Numbered from the stretch's first letter, positions 36,410 through 48,732 are shown. The stretch: 48,818 bases of DNA from Syntrophobacterales bacterium GWC2_56_13 (GCA_001830835.1 MICJ01000009.1:1-48818), one strand, 5' to 3'. Program-made: numbers and translations. Notes: generated from the sequence alone by a model not told the origin.

Positions 36410-36916
36410 TCATACTGGCGTCGCTGGACCCCGGTTGCGTTCGAAGCGCTGCTCGAAGACACGGGCGCCCCATTGTTCGCCCTCCCCCTGGGAGACGAGA
36501 CGGAAACCGGACGCCTCGTAGAGGTGACGGGCAGTGTCGAGGCCCGCAAATGTCCAGAGGACGGTCCGGCGGTAGGCCTGCCGGTCGCAGAAGGATACCG
36601 CCTCCCCCAGGAGACGCCGGCCCCACCCCTGCTCCCTAAAATCGGGAGAGATGATGAACCAGCGGAGGTGTGCCCCCTTGGTCGCCGCCTCCAGGCCGTC
36701 TATGGCGATCGCCCCCTCCACACGTTCTCCTCGCAGAACCGTCCAGAAGCCGTCGCGCTCTTTTTCGAAGCGGCAGAGGAACTCCGCTACCTCTGTTGCG
36801 ACCTTGGCCTCGAAGAAAAGGCCGAACCCCCAGTGGCGGTGGTAATACTCCGCATGCATTTCAGCGATGCGGCCGATCGCCCCCGGAACATAGCCGCCGA
36901 TCTCAACACGCATCAT
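36410..36916 (-). CDS. GNAT acetyltransferase
   Basis: AHLRWFII..REQGWGRRLL and ARHLYEASGF. Confidence 0.88.
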   Translation of the reverse strand: MMRVEIGGYVPGAIGRIAEMHAEYYHRHWGFGLFFEAKVATEVAEFLCRFEKERDGFWTVLRGERVEGAIAIDGLEAATKGAHLRWFIISPDFREQGWGRRLLGEAVSFCDRQAYRRTVLWTFAGLDTARHLYEASGFRLVSQGEGEQWGARVFEQRFERNRGPATPV

Positions 36917-37155
36917 GACATCCTCATGGATTGACGGGAAATGCCTGCAAAATTTACCGCTTCAGGCGAGTGGAGCCTTTCGAGCGGCTGACTCCATTAA
37001 GCAGATCCTTTTAGATGGTGATTTATTACCACGATCCCGCCTTCTTTTCAAAGGCGAAATGTGATACCCACAGCGCCGGGAGGACTTTTCAAAGTTAAGA
37101 ATAAGTATCCTGACCGTTCATTATGATTGATGAATAAAAAATAATTAAAATTTGC

Positions 37156-37183
37156 TTGACAGGGGCGTTTCCCTGAGTACAAT
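37156..37183 (+). promoter_or_regulatory. sigma70 promoter of the sulfur operon
   Basis: TTGACA-N16-TACAAT preceded by an AT-rich UP-like tract. Confidence 0.7.
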
Positions 37184-37197
37184 GTCTGTGGCTTTAG

Positions 37198-37352
37198 TAG
37201 ACCCATCGTTCTGTGAGCGCTCCAGTTCCTGTATCTCCAGAGACATCTGGAGGGAGGCTTCGAATAATCTGCAGCAGACGCTGGAAAACATGACACTGGC
37301 CGCAATGGTGTCCCGACAGAAAGAGAAGAGACAAGATGAAACAGGGCAATAA
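37198..37352 (+). pseudogene. Rrf2/IscR/CymR-family regulator C-terminal remnant
   Basis: DPSFCERSSSCISRDIWREAS...LENMTLAAMV matches the Rrf2 C-terminus; the HTH half is absent. Confidence 0.75.
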
Positions 37353-37413
37353 TTTGATTAACATGATGATGTGCATGTGCTATTATACCGGACGGGGAGG
37401 TCTGTTCATGTGA
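37336..37413 (+). CDS. Putative Met/Cys-rich leader peptide MKQGNNLINMMMCMCYYTGRGGLFM
   Basis: 25 codons including a run of six consecutive Met/Cys codons, directly upstream of a terminator and metY. Confidence 0.75.
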   Translation: MKQGNNLINMMMCMCYYTGRGGLFM

Positions 37414-37442
37414 AGATCTGTTATAGCATTCATGGACGTGAC

Positions 37443-38830
<1,388 letters not shown>

Positions 38831-38848
38831 GCAGGCAGATATGAAATG

Positions 38849-38881
38849 GGGGAAAAAGGGGCGCTGTCCCCATATTTCCCC
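38849..38881. repeat. Intergenic REP-like hairpin
   Basis: GGGGAAA..GGGG-CGCTGT-CCCC...TTTCCCC imperfect stem between metY and cysK. Confidence 0.35.
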
Positions 38882-38999
38882 TTGCCGGAAAGCACCGCCC
38901 TGTGGGGGAGAGCTTCGTAAGATGAATAGAAAACTGGTCTTCACGAGAGGGGAAAAGATCCCCCGCCGATGGAGGCCCCTTCCAGAAAGGAACAAAACA

Positions 39000-39926
39000 A
39001 TGAAGATCTATGAAGATATCACGAAAACAGTCGGCCATACGCCGCTCATCCGCCTGAACCGGATGGCCTTGGGAAGCCGGGCCGAGGTGGTCGTCAAACT
39101 GGAATCCTTCAACCCCCTCTCCAGCGTGAAGGACCGGATCGGCGTCGCCATGATCGACGATGCCGAGAGAAAGGGACTGCTGAAGAAAGGGTCGGTCCTC
39201 ATAGAGCCGACGAGCGGGAACACGGGGATCTCCCTCGCCTTTGTGGCGGCGGCGCGAGGTTACCGCTTGATCCTGACCATGCCCGATACGATGAGCATAG
39301 AGAGACGGCAGCTCTTGACAATCTTCGGCGCGGAGCTCGTTCTCACGCCCGGGGCCGAGGGGATGAAAGGCGCCATTCGGAAGGCGGAAGAGCTGGCAGC
39401 CGAGACGCCCGGGGCGTTGATTCCCCAGCAGTTCAACAATCCGGCAAATCCGGAGATCCACCGACAAACGACCGCCGAAGAGATCTGGGACGACACGGAC
39501 GGCCGGGCGGATATCCTGGTGTCCGGTATCGGGACGGGGGGCACTCTGACTGGCGTTTCCGAGGTTATAAAAAAGAGGAAACCTGAGTTTAAGGCGATCG
39601 CCGTCGAGCCGGAAGATTCTCCCGTTCTATCGGGCGGCCAGCCTGGACCGCACAAGATCCAGGGGATCGGTGCGGGTTTTGTTCCCGGCGTTCTCAACCG
39701 GGAGATGATCGACGAGGTGATCAAGGTCTCCAATGAGAATGCGGGGATCACCACCCGGCGTCTGGCGCGAGAGGAGGGGATCCTGGCCGGCGTCTCCAGC
39801 GGCGCCGCCCTCTGGGCGGGCCTTGAACTCGCCAAAAGGCCTGAAAACAAGGGGAAAATGATCGTGGTCGTTCTCCCCGACACGGGAGAGCGTTATCTCT
39901 CGACTTGGCTGTTCAAGGAATCATGA
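39000..39926 (+). CDS. cysK: Cysteine synthase A
   Basis: [31 protein letters not shown] and [10 protein letters not shown]; start at ATG 39000. Confidence 0.96.
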   Translation: MKIYEDITKTVGHTPLIRLNRMALGSRAEVVVKLESFNPLSSVKDRIGVAMIDDAERKGLLKKGSVLIEPTSGNTGISLAFVAAARGYRLILTMPDTMSIERRQLLTIFGAELVLTPGAEGMKGAIRKAEELAAETPGALIPQQFNNPANPEIHRQTTAEEIWDDTDGRADILVSGIGTGGTLTGVSEVIKKRKPEFKAIAVEPEDSPVLSGGQPGPHKIQGIGAGFVPGVLNREMIDEVIKVSNENAGITTRRLAREEGILAGVSSGAALWAGLELAKRPENKGKMIVVVLPDTGERYLSTWLFKES

Positions 39927-39948
39927 CGGGGAATTAAGGAAAGGACAT

Positions 39949-41145
39949 ATGGAATCCTTATTGAAAACGGAAACCCAATCCACGGAAACGGGACCGGAGG
40001 GCGACTGCCACTCCCTCGGGATCGTCGAGACGCAGTACTACACCTTCGCCGAGCCGCCCGAGGCGTTGAAGTTGGAGAGCGGCGAGACCCTGGGACCGGT
40101 GACGCTGGCCTATGAAACCTACGGCACGCTGAACCGGGAGAGGTCCAACGCGATCCTCGTTTTGCACGCCCTTTCCGGGGACGCCCACGCCGCCGGGTTT
40201 CACCGGGGAGAAGAGGCCCCGGGGTGGTGGGATGCGATGATCGGGCCGGGGAAGCCCTTCGATACGGACCGCTATTTCGTGATCTGCTCCAACGTGATCG
40301 GGGGATGCAAGGGGAGCACGGGACCCTCTTCGCTTGATCCGCGGACGGGGAAACCCTACGGGGCGGAGTTTCCCTTTATCACGATCGCCGACATGGTCCA
40401 TGCCCAACGACATCTGATCGATTTTTTAGGGATCGAAAAGCTGCTCTGCGTGGCGGGCGGTTCAATGGGAGGGATGCAGGCCCTCCAGTGGGTGGCCTCC
40501 TATCCGGAGCGGGTGCGGTCCGCCATCCCCGTCGCCACGGCGCTGAAACATTCACCCCAGCAGATCGCCTTCAACGAGGTGGGCCGGCAGTCCATCATGG
40601 CCGATCCGGCCTGGCGGGAGGGGAATTACTACGAGACCGGCCAGCCGGAGAGGGGGCTCTCCGTGGCCCGGATGATCGGCCACATCACCTTCATGAGCGA
40701 CCGGTCGATGGAGGCGAAATTTTCCCGGAAGCTCAAGAAGGGCAAGCTGAGCTTCAATTTCGATGCAGACTTCGAGGTGGAGGGGTACCTCCGCTACCGG
40801 GGGGCGAATTTTGTCAAGCGGTTCGATGCGAATTCCTACCTCTATATCACGAAAGCGATGGATTACTTCGATCTCTCAGGGGGAAAACTGATCAACGGCC
40901 GGGCTGTCGACACCCGCTTTCTGGTCATCTCCTTTCAGTCGGACTGGCTCTATCCCGCTTATCAGTCCCAGGAGATCGTCCGGCAGCTGAAGCTCAAACA
41001 GGTGGATGCGACCTACTGCGAGCTGAAATCGACTTACGGTCACGACGCCTTTTTAGTGGAACTGGAGGGACAGACGACCCTTATCCACCATTTCCTGGAG
41101 AAGACGTATCTCGGGGAGAGGAATGGAAATGGAAATCATCGATAA
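39949..41145 (+). CDS. metX: Homoserine O-acetyltransferase
   Basis: HALSGD, GGSMGG, FDANSY and YGHDAFL. Confidence 0.95.
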   Translation: MESLLKTETQSTETGPEGDCHSLGIVETQYYTFAEPPEALKLESGETLGPVTLAYETYGTLNRERSNAILVLHALSGDAHAAGFHRGEEAPGWWDAMIGPGKPFDTDRYFVICSNVIGGCKGSTGPSSLDPRTGKPYGAEFPFITIADMVHAQRHLIDFLGIEKLLCVAGGSMGGMQALQWVASYPERVRSAIPVATALKHSPQQIAFNEVGRQSIMADPAWREGNYYETGQPERGLSVARMIGHITFMSDRSMEAKFSRKLKKGKLSFNFDADFEVEGYLRYRGANFVKRFDANSYLYITKAMDYFDLSGGKLINGRAVDTRFLVISFQSDWLYPAYQSQEIVRQLKLKQVDATYCELKSTYGHDAFLVELEGQTTLIHHFLEKTYLGERNGNGNHR

Positions 41146-41806
41146 CGGCATCCGTCCGGATCATCAGGTCATTTTCGACATGATTGAGCAGGGGGCCCGT
41201 GTTCTGGATCTCGGCTGCGGTACGGGAGACCTGCTCCACCTCCTGGCAGGGGATAAGGACGCCCGTGTCCAGGGGATCGAACTTGACGAGAAAGCGATCT
41301 ACGAGTGCGTCAAAAAAGGGCTCTCCGTATGTCAGAGCGATATCGAAAGCGGCCTTACGGAATATCCCGACGGTTCGTTCGATTATGTCATCCTGAACCA
41401 GAGCCTTCAGGAGATCAAGAAGGTCTCCTTCCTCCTTCGGGAGGCCCTCCGGGTAGGGGAGAAGGTCATCGTCGGGTTTCCCAACTTTGCCCACCTCGAC
41501 GCCCGTTTTTGCCTCTTCTTCGGCGGGAAGGCGCCCATGACGCCGTCCCTCCCCAACCGCTGGTATGAAACCCCCAACGTGCGGTTCCTGAGCATCGGCG
41601 ATTTCCGGAGTTTCTGTGCGGAGAAGGGATTTGCGGTGGAGAAGGCCTGTTTTCTGAACGGGCGGAAAACGATCACATTCTGGCCCAATCTCCGGGCCCT
41701 GAACTCGATCTTTCTCCTGTCCTTGCAGGGGGGGCGACGCCCGTACGGAAAGGGAGATGGCGTTGCCGGCCCCGAAACGCCGCCGGACAGGGAGGCGTCA
41801 GCATGA
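41123..41806 (+). CDS. metW: Methionine biosynthesis protein MetW
   Basis: [26 protein letters not shown] and WYETPN. Confidence 0.93.
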   Translation: MEMEIIDNGIRPDHQVIFDMIEQGARVLDLGCGTGDLLHLLAGDKDARVQGIELDEKAIYECVKKGLSVCQSDIESGLTEYPDGSFDYVILNQSLQEIKKVSFLLREALRVGEKVIVGFPNFAHLDARFCLFFGGKAPMTPSLPNRWYETPNVRFLSIGDFRSFCAEKGFAVEKACFLNGRKTITFWPNLRALNSIFLLSLQGGRRPYGKGDGVAGPETPPDREASA

Positions 41807-41941
41807 ACAATTCCGTTCCGGTCTGAAAAGGAACGATCGGCGGGGTCGGCAGCGGATTTTTTCGAGGGATTTCTTTGACAAAGGCGCTTTCGTGATCTGC
41901 TGATGTAAAAGCATGAAAACGATCAGTTCCGGGATAGTAAG

Positions 41942-43108
41942 ATGAATCAGATCTACATGGACTATGCGGCGACGACGCCGACGGATAATAGAGTGGTCGA
42001 GGCGATGCTGCCCTGCTTCGGGGAGGTCTACGGGAACCCGTCCAGCCTCCACGCCTTCGGTCAGGAGGCGCATGGCGCCATGGAGGAGGCGCGGGCGAAG
42101 ATCGCCGCATTCTTAGGCGCCGAACCGGAGGAAGTCGTCTTCACCAGCGGCGGAACGGAGAGCGACAACTTCGCAGTCAAGGGGGTGGTCTATGCGAACC
42201 GGAAGAAGGGAGACCACATCATCACCTCCGCCATTGAACACCATGCGGTCCTGGAAACCTGCCGTTTCCTGGAGGCGGAAGGGTTCAAGGTGACCTATGT
42301 GCCCGTTGACGGGGACGGCCTTGTCGACCCCGCCTCGGTGGCCGGGGCGATCACGGACAAGACGATCCTGATCTCCGTCATGCATGCCAACAACGAGATC
42401 GGGACGATCCAACCGATTGCCGAGATAGGGAGGCTGGCCCGGGAGAGGGGGGTCTATTTCCATACGGACGCCGTTCAGACCTTCGGCCAACTGCCGTTTA
42501 CGGTGGATGAGCTGAACGTCGATCTTATGAGCGCCTCGGCCCACAAACTCTACGGGCCAAAAGGGGTGGGGCTGCTCTACATCCGGAAGGGGACGCGGAT
42601 CATGCCGTTCATGCACGGCGGGGAGCAGGAGAATGGACGTCGGGCCTCCACCCAGAACGTCCCCGGGATCGTCGGTTTCGGGAAGGCGGTGGAGCTGGCC
42701 AAGGCATCGCTCTCCGAAGAGGCGACGCGGCTGGCCGCCATGAGGGACCGCTTCATCCGGGGGGTGTTCGAACGTCTCGACGGGATCCGCCTGAACGGCC
42801 ATCCCGCGCGGCGGCTGCCGAACAACATCAACCTCTCCGTGGAATCTGTCGAGGGGGAGGGGATGATCCTGAGCCTGGACATGCTGGGGATCGCCTGTTC
42901 GACCGGTTCGGCCTGCTCTTCCTCGAGCCTCGATCCATCGCATGTCCTTCTGGCCATAGGTCTGCCGCATGAGTTCTCCCATGGATCGCTCCGCTTCAGC
43001 CTGGGACGGTACACTCGGGAGAGCGACATCGATGCGGTCCTGGAGACGCTGCCGCAGGTCGTCGGGCGGCTGCGGGCCATGTCGCCGCTCTATGCGGAGA
43101 AGAAGTAA
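41942..43108 (+). CDS. iscS: Cysteine desulfurase (NifS/IscS)
   Basis: YMDYAATT, FTSGGTE, SAHKLYGPKG and STGSACSS. Confidence 0.94.
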   Translation: MNQIYMDYAATTPTDNRVVEAMLPCFGEVYGNPSSLHAFGQEAHGAMEEARAKIAAFLGAEPEEVVFTSGGTESDNFAVKGVVYANRKKGDHIITSAIEHHAVLETCRFLEAEGFKVTYVPVDGDGLVDPASVAGAITDKTILISVMHANNEIGTIQPIAEIGRLARERGVYFHTDAVQTFGQLPFTVDELNVDLMSASAHKLYGPKGVGLLYIRKGTRIMPFMHGGEQENGRRASTQNVPGIVGFGKAVELAKASLSEEATRLAAMRDRFIRGVFERLDGIRLNGHPARRLPNNINLSVESVEGEGMILSLDMLGIACSTGSACSSSSLDPSHVLLAIGLPHEFSHGSLRFSLGRYTRESDIDAVLETLPQVVGRLRAMSPLYAEKK

Positions 43109-43171
43109 GATGCATTTCCGTATTTGAATGTTGTAAGAGATAAAAGAAGTCCGGATGGGGAAGAAGGCGTC

Positions 43172-44236
43172 ATGAAAAAGGTGGTCGTCGCCATGAGCGG
43201 CGGCGTCGATTCCGCCGTGGCGGCCCTTCTTCTTAAGGACCGCGGTCATGAGGTGGTCGGGGTGACCATGTGCCTGGGGGTGGTCCCGGCCGAGGGAGGG
43301 CGGGCGAAGTGCTGCGGCCCCCGGGAGATCGAGGATGCGCGGCGCGTCTGCCGGACCCTCGGGATCCGTCATTATGTCATGGATTTCGCGGCGGATCTGG
43401 AGGAGAATGTCATCCGGCCTTTTGTAGAGGAGTATTGCCGGGGAAGGACGCCCAATCCCTGCGTGGCCTGCAACCGGTCGATCAAATTCGGTTCGTTCCT
43501 TGCAAAGGCGCTGGCCTGGGGCTTTGATGGCATCGCCACGGGTCATTATGCCGGTATCGAACTGGAAAACGGCGCATACCGCCTGAAGAGGCCGAAGGAC
43601 CGCCGGAAGGACCAGACCTATTTCCTCCATGCGATCCCGAAGGAGGCTCTGGCAAAGGTGCTTTTCCCCCTGGCCGAATACACCAAGGAGGAGGTGAGAG
43701 GCTTCGCGAAGAGGGCGGGCCTTCCCGTCTTCGACAAGCCGGAGAGCCAGGACATCTGCTTCATCCCGGCGGAGGGCCATGGCGCTTTTCTCAGGAGCCG
43801 GGGGGCTGGGATCGAACCCGGCGAGATCGCGGACCGGGAGGGGCGGGTCTTAGGCCGGCACCGGGGCATCGCCTGCTACACCATCGGTCAGCGGGGAGGC
43901 CTGGGGATCAGTTCACCGACGCCCCTCTATGTGCTTAAGATCGACGCCGCCCGTAACCGTCTGGTCGTGGGCGAGAAGAGAGAGCTCCGATCGGAGAGCC
44001 TGGTGGCGGATCAGGTCAATTGGCTGGTCGATGCACTCCCGGAGGAGGCCTGGGCCAAAATCCGCTACGCCCACCGGGCGGCAAGATGCAGGATTTCACA
44101 AAATGGCGACCGCCTCGCGGTCCGGTTTGCGGAGCCGCAGGAGGCCGTTTCTCCCGGACAGTCGGTCGTCTTTTATGACGGCGCGACCGTTCTGGGCGGC
44201 GGGGTCATTCAGGAGGTATTTGGTGGAACTCGTTGA
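43172..44236 (+). CDS. mnmA: tRNA 2-thiouridylase MnmA
   Basis: AMSGGVDS, TPNPCVACN, ATGHY, KDQTYFL and ESQDICF. Confidence 0.96.
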   Translation: MKKVVVAMSGGVDSAVAALLLKDRGHEVVGVTMCLGVVPAEGGRAKCCGPREIEDARRVCRTLGIRHYVMDFAADLEENVIRPFVEEYCRGRTPNPCVACNRSIKFGSFLAKALAWGFDGIATGHYAGIELENGAYRLKRPKDRRKDQTYFLHAIPKEALAKVLFPLAEYTKEEVRGFAKRAGLPVFDKPESQDICFIPAEGHGAFLRSRGAGIEPGEIADREGRVLGRHRGIACYTIGQRGGLGISSPTPLYVLKIDAARNRLVVGEKRELRSESLVADQVNWLVDALPEEAWAKIRYAHRAARCRISQNGDRLAVRFAEPQEAVSPGQSVVFYDGATVLGGGVIQEVFGGTR

Positions 44237-45131
44237 AAAAATAAAGCGGTTGAAGAAGGATCGCAAGGCGGTCATCCTCGCCCACAACTACCAGCTTCCC
44301 GAGGTTCAGGACATCGCCGATTTCGTGGGCGATTCTCTGGGATTGAGCATCCAGGCCGCGCAGACGGACGCGGCGGTGATCGTCTTTTGCGGGGTGCACT
44401 TCATGGCGGAGACGGCGAAGCTCCTCTCGCCGGACAAGACCGTCCTTCTGCCGGATAAAAAAGCCGGCTGTCCCATGGCGGACATGATCACAGCGGAGCA
44501 GCTCCGAGCCCTGAAGGCTGAGCATCCCGGGGCGAAGGTCCTCTGCTATGTGAACACTTCGGCCGAGGTCAAGGCGGAATGCGACCTGTGCTGCACGTCG
44601 GCGAACGCCGTCCGTATGGTGGGAGAAATCCTGAAGGATGCAGAGGAGATCATCTTCGTCCCCGACCGGTATCTGGCCGCCTTCGTGGCCGGGCAGACCG
44701 GTCGCACCTTCATCACTTGGCCGGGGTTCTGTCCCACCCATGCGCGGATCCTGCCGGAGCACGTCGAGGCGGCGCGGGCCCTCCATCCGGGGGCCGTCGT
44801 GATGGTCCATCCGGAGTGCCGCCCCGAGGTGACGGCCCTTGCGGATATCGCGATTTCCACCGGAGGGATGATCCGTTATGCGAAAGAGACTAAGGCCCGG
44901 GAGATCATCGTCGGGACGGAGCCGGGGATCATTCACCGCCTTAAGAAGGAGAATCAGGACAAGGTGTTCCACCCGGTCTCGGCGTTCGTCATCTGCCCGA
45001 ACATGAAGCGGACCAGCCTGGAGAAGATTCTCTGGTCGCTCGAGGATATGGAACATGCGATAGAAGTCCCGGAAGAGATCGCCGGGCGCGCCAGACTAAG
45101 CATCGAGGCGATGCTCAAAGTCGGTCGCTGA
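44223..45131 (+). CDS. nadA: Quinolinate synthase
   Basis: ILAHNYQ, FCGVHFMAE, GCPMA, YVN, HPEC and CPNMK; GTG start after GGAGG. Confidence 0.95.
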   Translation: MELVEKIKRLKKDRKAVILAHNYQLPEVQDIADFVGDSLGLSIQAAQTDAAVIVFCGVHFMAETAKLLSPDKTVLLPDKKAGCPMADMITAEQLRALKAEHPGAKVLCYVNTSAEVKAECDLCCTSANAVRMVGEILKDAEEIIFVPDRYLAAFVAGQTGRTFITWPGFCPTHARILPEHVEAARALHPGAVVMVHPECRPEVTALADIAISTGGMIRYAKETKAREIIVGTEPGIIHRLKKENQDKVFHPVSAFVICPNMKRTSLEKILWSLEDMEHAIEVPEEIAGRARLSIEAMLKVGR

Positions 45132-45145
45132 ACGGAGTTCGCCGG

Positions 45146-46003
45146 ATGGAAAACCGTAAGAGCGTCGAAGCGCTGCATATCGACCGCGAGGGGAGCGGGA
45201 CCCGGATGGAATGGACGGCCCGTGAGTTTCCCCTGACGATCATGCTCAACGGCGAGCAACTCGTCACCGTCCTGTGTTCCCCGGGCGATCTGAAGGCGCT
45301 GGCCGCAGGTTTCCTCTTCTCCGAGGGAATGATCCGGGCGAAGGAGGAGATTACGGGGCTGACGCTCGACGGCGAGCGGGGGATCATCCGGATCCGCACG
45401 GCAACGGACAAGACGGCGGACGGCAAGCTATTCATGAAGCGGGTGCTGACAACCGGCTGCGGGCGGGGGATGGCCTTTTACAGTTACGCCGATCTGGACC
45501 GCAAAAAGAAGATCCGGTCGGATCTGCGGGTGACCCCGGCGGAGGTGCTGGCGCTCAGCCGGCGGTTTCAGGGCGCCTCCGAACTCTACCGGACCACGCA
45601 CGGGGTTCATAGCGCGGCCCTCTGCGACAACCGGGAGATCCTGGTCTTTGCGGAGGATATCGGGAGGCACAACGCTGTCGACAAGGTCCTCGGCCGGTGT
45701 CTTCTGGATGGCATTGCCGTCTCCGACCGGATCCTGGTCACGAGCGGACGGATCTCCTCGGAGATTCTCTTCAAGGCGGCGGGGAGCGGCATCCCCGTGA
45801 TCGTCTCCAAATCGGCGCCGACGGACATGGGCGTCGAGCTCGCCCGGGAACTGGGGATCACCCTGATCGGTTTTGTCCGCGGGGGAGGGATGAATGTCTA
45901 CGCCGGGGAGGAGCGGATTAACCTTTTGCGGGGGGAGCCCGGCGCAGCGCCGGCTTTGTCTGCGGCCGCAGGGGATGAGGGAAGTTCAGCCAATGAAGAG
46001 TAG
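45146..46003 (+). CDS. fdhD: Formate dehydrogenase accessory sulfurtransferase
   Basis: TTGCG, THGVHSAAL, EDIGRHNAVDK and TSGRISSE. Confidence 0.94.
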   Translation: MENRKSVEALHIDREGSGTRMEWTAREFPLTIMLNGEQLVTVLCSPGDLKALAAGFLFSEGMIRAKEEITGLTLDGERGIIRIRTATDKTADGKLFMKRVLTTGCGRGMAFYSYADLDRKKKIRSDLRVTPAEVLALSRRFQGASELYRTTHGVHSAALCDNREILVFAEDIGRHNAVDKVLGRCLLDGIAVSDRILVTSGRISSEILFKAAGSGIPVIVSKSAPTDMGVELARELGITLIGFVRGGGMNVYAGEERINLLRGEPGAAPALSAAAGDEGSSANEE

Positions 46004-46463
46004 GGCCATAAAAGGGAGGATCGTCGCCGTCTGCCGGAGCGAGCAGACGGGCACCCGGAAGGAACCGTGCGGGGAAGGAATTTTCCTCGAAAATTATGGT
46101 ATGGAAGAAGATGCACACGCGGCGCAGGGAATCGCCAGGCAGGTGAGTCTGCTCGCCACGGAAAGCATCGAAAAGATGAAGGCCCTCGGTCTGGAGCTGA
46201 ATCCCGGCGATTTTGCCGAGAACCTGACGGTTGAGGGGATGGCGCTGTTTTCCCTGCCCGTCGGGACGAGGCTCCGGGTGGGGCGGGGGGTTGTTCTCGA
46301 AATCAGTCAGATCGGAAAGACCTGTCACAGCGGCTGCGCCATCTTCCAGTCGGTGGGCGCCTGCATCATGCCGAAGGAGGGTGTTTTCGCCCGGGTGATC
46401 CGGGGCGGGAGAATTCGGACGGGCGATCCTGTAGCAATCATGCAAGGAGGAGGAGAACGGTAA
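45993..46463 (+). CDS. MOSC-domain protein
   Basis: DAHA, RQVSLL, PGDFAENL, QIGKTCHSGC and CIMPKEGVF. Confidence 0.9.
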   Translation: MKSRAIKGRIVAVCRSEQTGTRKEPCGEGIFLENYGMEEDAHAAQGIARQVSLLATESIEKMKALGLELNPGDFAENLTVEGMALFSLPVGTRLRVGRGVVLEISQIGKTCHSGCAIFQSVGACIMPKEGVFARVIRGGRIRTGDPVAIMQGGGER

Positions 46464-47419
46464 TGTCGAACGCGGATAAAAAGACGGTCGCACCGGCCGG
46501 AAAGACGGCGGAGAACGATTTTCAGGGACTGGTGGAGTCGCTCTGCTCCCTGAAGAACGGTTCCACGGCGGGGATAAAGAAGCGGTGGCAGGAGCAGGCG
46601 CTGCCGTCCCGCCAGACGATCGGCGAGATCATAGAGTCGCTCCGCGCCGTCCTTTTCCCGGGCTATTTCGGTTTCTCCGAGCTCAAGGCGGAGAGCCTCC
46701 GGTTTCATGTCGGTTCTGCGCTGGACCACGTCCGGCGCGACCTTCAGGAACAGATCAAGCGGGGGCTCTGCTTCTCCTGCGAGGAGGGGCCGGAGTGCCT
46801 GCCTTTCTGTGACCAGAAGGCCCGGGAGCTGACCGGAGAATTTCTCCGGAGACTGCCGAAGGTGCAGCGGCTGCTCGCCCTGGATGTCCAGGCCGCCTAC
46901 AAAGGCGACCCGGCGGCCGCGAATCCGGACGAGGTGATTTTCTGCTATCCGGGGCTCGCGGCGATCACGAACTACCGTCTGGCCCATGAACTGCGTCTGC
47001 TCGGCGTGCCGATCATCCCCCGGATGATCACCGAGGCGGCCCATAGCGCGACCGGGATCGACATCCATCCCGGGGCGGTCATCGGAAAGTGTTTCTTCAT
47101 CGACCACGGCACCGGTGTGGTTATCGGGGAGACCTGCATCATCGGCAGCCGGGTCCGGCTCTACCAGGGGGTCACCCTCGGGGCGAAGAGTTTTCAACTG
47201 GATGAGGAGGGGAACCCCCTCCGGGGGATCGACCGGCATCCGATCGTCGAGGACGATGTCACGATTTACTCCGGCGCGACGATTCTCGGCCGGGTGACGA
47301 TCGGGCGCAGTTCGGTGATCGGCGGGAACGTCTGGCTCGTCCACAGCGTGCCGCCCGGAAGCAGGATTACTCAGGCCCAGACCCGCGAGGAGGAGTTCGA
47401 GCGGGGAGCGGGGATCTGA
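46463..47419 (+). CDS. cysE: Serine O-acetyltransferase (long EpsC-like form)
   Basis: GDPAA, YRLAHEL, TGIDIHPGA, FIDHGTGVVIGET and hexapeptide repeats. Confidence 0.93.
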   Translation: MSNADKKTVAPAGKTAENDFQGLVESLCSLKNGSTAGIKKRWQEQALPSRQTIGEIIESLRAVLFPGYFGFSELKAESLRFHVGSALDHVRRDLQEQIKRGLCFSCEEGPECLPFCDQKARELTGEFLRRLPKVQRLLALDVQAAYKGDPAAANPDEVIFCYPGLAAITNYRLAHELRLLGVPIIPRMITEAAHSATGIDIHPGAVIGKCFFIDHGTGVVIGETCIIGSRVRLYQGVTLGAKSFQLDEEGNPLRGIDRHPIVEDDVTIYSGATILGRVTIGRSSVIGGNVWLVHSVPPGSRITQAQTREEEFERGAGI

Positions 47420-47460
47420 TTTCCCCACCGGCCGATGAAGATCTCGATCCGGTTTCGTCG

Positions 47461-47503
47461 CAGCCTTCATCCTTCCCCTGCGCTCAGCCTTCATCCTTCC
47501 CCT
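47461..47503. repeat. 19-bp direct repeat at the IS4 truncation point
   Basis: CAGCCTTCATCCTTCCCCT at 47461-47479 and 47485-47503. Confidence 0.7.
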
Positions 47504-48597
47504 ATTGGTTCATCCGGTTCTTGCTTGTAAGCATCTTTAACTATCTGAATAATGGGTCTTTTCTCAAAAATGTTGACCTCCGGAATTTGCAAAATTGTGT
47601 GGAGACTGCCGGGCAGATCGAGTCTCTTTTTCAGGATGGCGACCAGAAGATAAATGCTGACGGCGATCCATATCTGGGTTTTGACGGCATTGGGCGATGT
47701 TCCGTAAAAGGTTTTGATTTTCAGATGTTGCTTGATCCAGCGGAAGAAGAGCTCCACCTGCCAACGCTGCTTGTAAATATCGGCGACGGTTTTGGCGGAA
47801 ACGGTAAAGATATTGGTCAGGTAGACAAAACGTTTTTGGGTGTCCAAGTCCACGTAAGACACTCGGCGCAGAGTCTCCGGGTAGGCGGCTCGGGATTTCT
47901 TGTCTGTGAGGACGACGCTTTGATCGGAACGGAGCCCCAGCGTTTTGTCCACTTCCCGGGAATAGAGACGTCTGTACCGCAGATTGCTCTTGGCACGAAT
48001 CACGAAGAAGGCAGGAAAGAGATTCACCGCATAAAGCCTCGTAAAATCTACGTATCCGCGATCCATGGCGATGACGGCATCTTTTTCCAGCGGGAGGATA
48101 TCCAGGATATTGACATCGTGTACTTTGCCGGCAATGGAGATAAGATGATAGGCAAAGTCCTGATAAATTCGATAATCTCGCATCTCGCCGGCATCGGCCA
48201 GGGTGGATCTCGCAATCTGTCCCCGGAATCCGATGTGATAAAGCTTCTCGTGATGAGAGTTCAGGCATGTCTCAATATCCCTCAGACTTTCCCGGTACGT
48301 AAGCTGGGCATAGACAAGACAGAGGAACTGATCATAACAGGGAAACCTTCTGACCTTGTGATTGCCCTTGTACTTTTTAACGAATTTGTCAAACTCATAA
48401 CGTGGCAGATGCTCCAGTACCTGTGCAAAAACCGTTTTCCCGGCATTCATCGGCAACCCTCCCTCCCATTAGTGGGAAGAAGGTACAGGCCAGCAAATGC
48501 AATGTAAATTCAAATCGAAAAAACTTAAAATGGCTCATTTGCTATTTAATATCAAAATATTACATTGTGCTCAGCAAACTTTAACCGGACAGCCGTG
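47491..48597 (-). mobile_element. Defective IS4-family (DUF4372-type) element; transposase at 47491-48456
   Basis: AQLTYRESLRDIE, VHDVNILD, DRGY and YKQRWQVELFFRWIKQHL. Left IR CACGGCTGTCCGGTTAAAG starts at 48597. There is an internal deletion and no right IR. Confidence 0.88.
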
Positions 48598-48623
48598 ATA
48601 ATTTTTATGAAAACTTAAAACTT

Positions 48624-48732
48624 GAATACCCCGTTCTGTGGACGGGGATGAATGCGGAGCGGGGGTATGGGGGATGCAATCCCCCTCCTCCAGTTTTTTA
48701 AGATGCCCCGTCCTGTCGGCGGCTAATTCACT
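48624..48732 (+). repeat. REP/MITE-like element with two CCCCG hairpins (IS200/IS605-like ends)
   Basis: GAATACCCCGTTCTGTGGACGGGGATGAATG followed by GATGCCCCGTCCTGTCGGCGGCTAATTCA. Confidence 0.55.

Noticed and set aside
38841..38999. N-terminal extension of cysK or a second Cys leader
   Set aside because: It runs through a REP-like hairpin, the Cys codons are scattered, and no terminator with a U-tract follows.
42113..43780. Long antisense ORFs (555 aa here; also 27307-28299, 28302-29219, 34066-35226, 46325-47494, 47521-48507)
   Set aside because: These are shadow frames opposite well-supported genes, with no domain motifs.
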